Positions 60,962-64,000 of a stretch of 64,000 nucleotides of DNA are shown in pieces. The notes under the pieces are model-generated. The model saw only the letters and a list, made by a program, of their open reading frames with translations, searched no databases and had not been told where the DNA came from. Source of the stretch: Camelus dromedarius (taxonomy: Eukaryota); NCBI RefSeq assembly GCF_036321535.1, contig NC_087436.1, positions 86,306,001-86,370,000 on the forward strand, read 5' to 3'. The position numbers and the translations under genes were made by a program. Numbering within the stretch: the stretch's first letter is position 1; the number at the start of each line of letters is the position of its first letter.

Positions 60962-63900
60962 CATTCATTTCAGCGCCTCGCAGGTGGTCGTCCGTAAGCC
61001 CGAATGCCAGGGTCAGTGCTGGCTGCGTCATCTCATGGTAGCAAATTCATAGGGAAGTCAAGTGTAATTCTGCAGCGGGGACAGCAAACACAGAGCGCCC
61101 GGGGCCTCCCTGCCACCGCCTTCACCTCGGCAGACAAGACAACAGATCACACCGCTGTTTCTGCGCAGACATGTTCAGAGCCACCTCCAAGGGGTAGAGC
61201 TCCGCCAATGGTGAGGCTTATTTACTAATGCTCTTTTGGATATTTGGGTTTAGGCCAGCCCAAGTCAGGCTGGTTTCACAAGGTTACTTATCACGTAAGA
61301 TTGAAATTTTCTTTCTCTACCTTTGAGGCAAGGCATCATGCCCTTGTGGTCCAAACTCTCTGTGTTGAACCTGCCCTTCCCCCACTCTTTGCTTATCCTG
61401 TTTGTTGGCGCTTTGGGGGAGTAAGTAGCGCTGGTGGCACCAAGCCCCGGGCGTACCATACTCAGAGGTGTCCTTGACTGTGTGACTCTTGGCTCAGCAA
61501 GGTATTAAAGGGTCCTCCTGGCTTCCCCAGTCTTGTGCTGTTCCAGCAGGTGAATGTGAACAAGGATGCCATCCTTACCTGGGCTGATCTTGACCCCTGG
61601 GGTTGCTGATTTCACTTGACAATTGGACTGACTTTCCTGGGTTCCTAACTGTGGCCTGAGAATCTTCACCTGATTTAGCTCCTTTATGTTCCCGATTTCA
61701 TGTCCTGTTCCCCCAATAGAAAGAAAGCAGGGAAGTAGAAAAGGATGGAGACTTCACGGTTCGACAGACTTGGGTTCTGTTGCTGAGCCATTTAAGTCAG
61801 TTAGCTTTTCTGGGTCTCGGCTTCCTTGTCTGTGAAATGAGCATGGCAACACTTGCCACATAGCATTGTTGTGAGGATTAAATGGCATGTCACATTGTCA
61901 TGGAAAGAGCCCAGCAAGATGCTCGGTGCAGAGTAGGCCCTTAGCTACAGAGCATCAAGCATCTAGTAAGCTTTTGCTCTGTACCCGGGGGCATTTCAGC
62001 CATGAGAGGAGGCGGGGAGCAACACACACAGCTTCCTGCTCAAACTGAACTTACCTTCTAGAGGAGGGAAGCAGACACAGATAAGGAAACAAAGGAACAA
62101 AAAATGCCAGAGAGCAAAGTGCTCTGGAGAGAACATAGCAGGTGGAGGGGACGAGGAAGGACTGGGGAGGAAGATCAGCAACAGCCTCGTAGAGGAGGAG
62201 ACAGTTGAGACCAGACCCAGTTGACAAGAAGGAGCCAGACATGGGAGGATGTGAAAGAGGCCAAGTCCCCACGGACAAGCGGAGCCCAGTGAGTGTGGGC
62301 GAAAGGCCGGCATGACTGCAGCGAGGGCAGGAGGGAGGACACCCGAGGGGAAGCAGGCACAGCTTTGGAGGCCAGGGTAAGTGGTTCGGAATTTATCTAA
62401 AGTGCAGTATTGTGTCTCTTTCTGCCCCTCCCTCCAAACCCGACGTCACGCTGGTACCTTGTTATCTCCTCTGCCTGGCTAAATTGCCAGCCAGGAACTC
62501 AGCCTGAGACCAAATCCTGATCCCAGTTCTCAGTGGCTTAGTGTTAAGGACCTAAGGCTTTTTCCCTCGATCCAACCCAGATGGACAGTTTATTCCCAGT
62601 GCTGAGACTCACCTTCTTGAGAAACCCATCCTGCTTCACTGTGCTTGCCCTGATCCCTGCCTTGAGTCCTGTGCCTCAGCCTTTGGGCTTCCAGGTTGGC
62701 ATGTAGGTTCTACATATTCATAATTTCTTCTGGACTCTTCCATACTTATCTCATCTCTCCAGCTCCCCATCAGGTCCTTCAAACAGAATCATCACTCCCT
62801 CTGTTTCTTTGGTGACTCCCCACCACCCTCCACCCTGTGCCTACTACCTTGTTGAGTTGCTGAGTGATTGAAAGCTCCCCTCTTTCCACTCAGACTGAAA
62901 TAGCCATCACTGTTGACAGCACCTTCCTGTTTTATGTTCTTTAGAACTTTAGCACTATCTAAATTGATCAGTTCTGTTCATTGGCTGCTTGCCCCAAGGA
63001 GAATGTAAACGTGAGGAGAGCAGGGACCTCACCTGTGTTTTCACAACACCTGCCCACAGGAGGAGCTCAGTGAATGAACCCAGCTGTACCAGAGACTTGG
63101 CCTCTGGTGGGTCCATTGGCCAAGTCAGAACCGTTGGTCAGATGATCTGGCTTCATCATGCAGAGGAGAAACTGTTCTGGAAAAGCATTTCACACCGACT
63201 CCCTGGCCTCTGCTTCTTAGAACTCAGACTCTGGGGGTCTGCCAAAGGCATGTTGCTTTGGGTCAGTGGCAAAATCATAAATGTCCTGTTGTGTCCCCAT
63301 GGCCTGTCTCTTGGTACTTGATCTAGAGGTGGAGAGTTTTGGAGGGCTGGAAGCAGCTGCCCTGGGGTATACGCATTCCCTGAAGCTGTGACTTCATTTG
63401 TTTAATTCATTTCAACCATCTCCCTTTTAATTGACCATTTACAATCCGCTGGGACTATAGCAGTGACCTGTGGGGTTAAGAGGAGAATAATGGTGTGTCA
63501 ATGACGGAGCCGGCTCTCTGTGCTCTGACACCCCCCACCCCGACTCTGCCGCCCTCATTGGCTCAGGGAAGATGTGGTTTATATTAGTGACCTGGAGAAA
63601 GTTCGTGCCCTCTGGGAAAAGTATGTCCATGAAATGGCAGAGTGATTAATGGTTTATTTGCAGCACTGACATCCAGCCTGTCAGGACCCTTCAGTGGCCT
63701 TTGATGTAAAACACACCGAGAGGCCTTGGGTCGTCCTTATCTCCTCAGAGGAGAGAAATCAGAAATGAAGGATGGTGGGCTGAGGCTCTGAGCGCCGGGT
63801 GTCAGGGGTCCGAATGGTGAAAACAGACAGGGGCCAGGGATGGGGGTGGGCAGAACTCAGCAGGGTGCCCCGGTGTCTTTCTTTGGGCACTTATTTTTCC

Positions 63901-64000
63901 TTTTTTTTCCTGGTATCTTCCTTTTCCATGGCCAGTCCCACGTCGACTCAGACCCCTCAAGTCACACAGGGTAAAGATTTCACAAATTATGTGTGGAGGT

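Overview
Non-coding, repeat-rich placental-mammal DNA. It is most likely camelid (alpaca, llama or camel), because it carries two copies of a tRNA-Ala-derived SINE matching the camelid Vic-1 type, plus young L1 3' ends. I could not support any host protein-coding exon, intact RNA gene or prokaryotic system. The only ORFs with recognisable protein are L1 ORF1/ORF2 remnants. The window holds layered insertions. Ancient ones are MIR, L2, L1M, MaLR/ERVL LTRs, MER20 and a ~1.3 kb hAT element with TIRs and an 8-bp TSD. Younger ones are TSD-bounded L1 fragments, SINEs, a full-length U6 snRNA retrocopy and an ERV1-type solo LTR. There are also three long microsatellites. The best leads are modest: all nine younger retro-insertions lie on the minus strand (suggesting an intron of a plus-strand gene), a divergent CTCF-like pair at 5.5 kb, a candidate promoter/first exon at 27.9-28.5 kb, CpG-rich patches in old repeats (22.7, 32.3, 61 kb) and a PBX-HOX/MEIS/TCF motif cluster at 63.65 kb. 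I found no convincing previously undescribed biological system. Repeat family names come from recalled consensus sequences, not a database search. Boundaries without TSDs are approximate, and many small MIR/L2/L1ME scraps are not listed.
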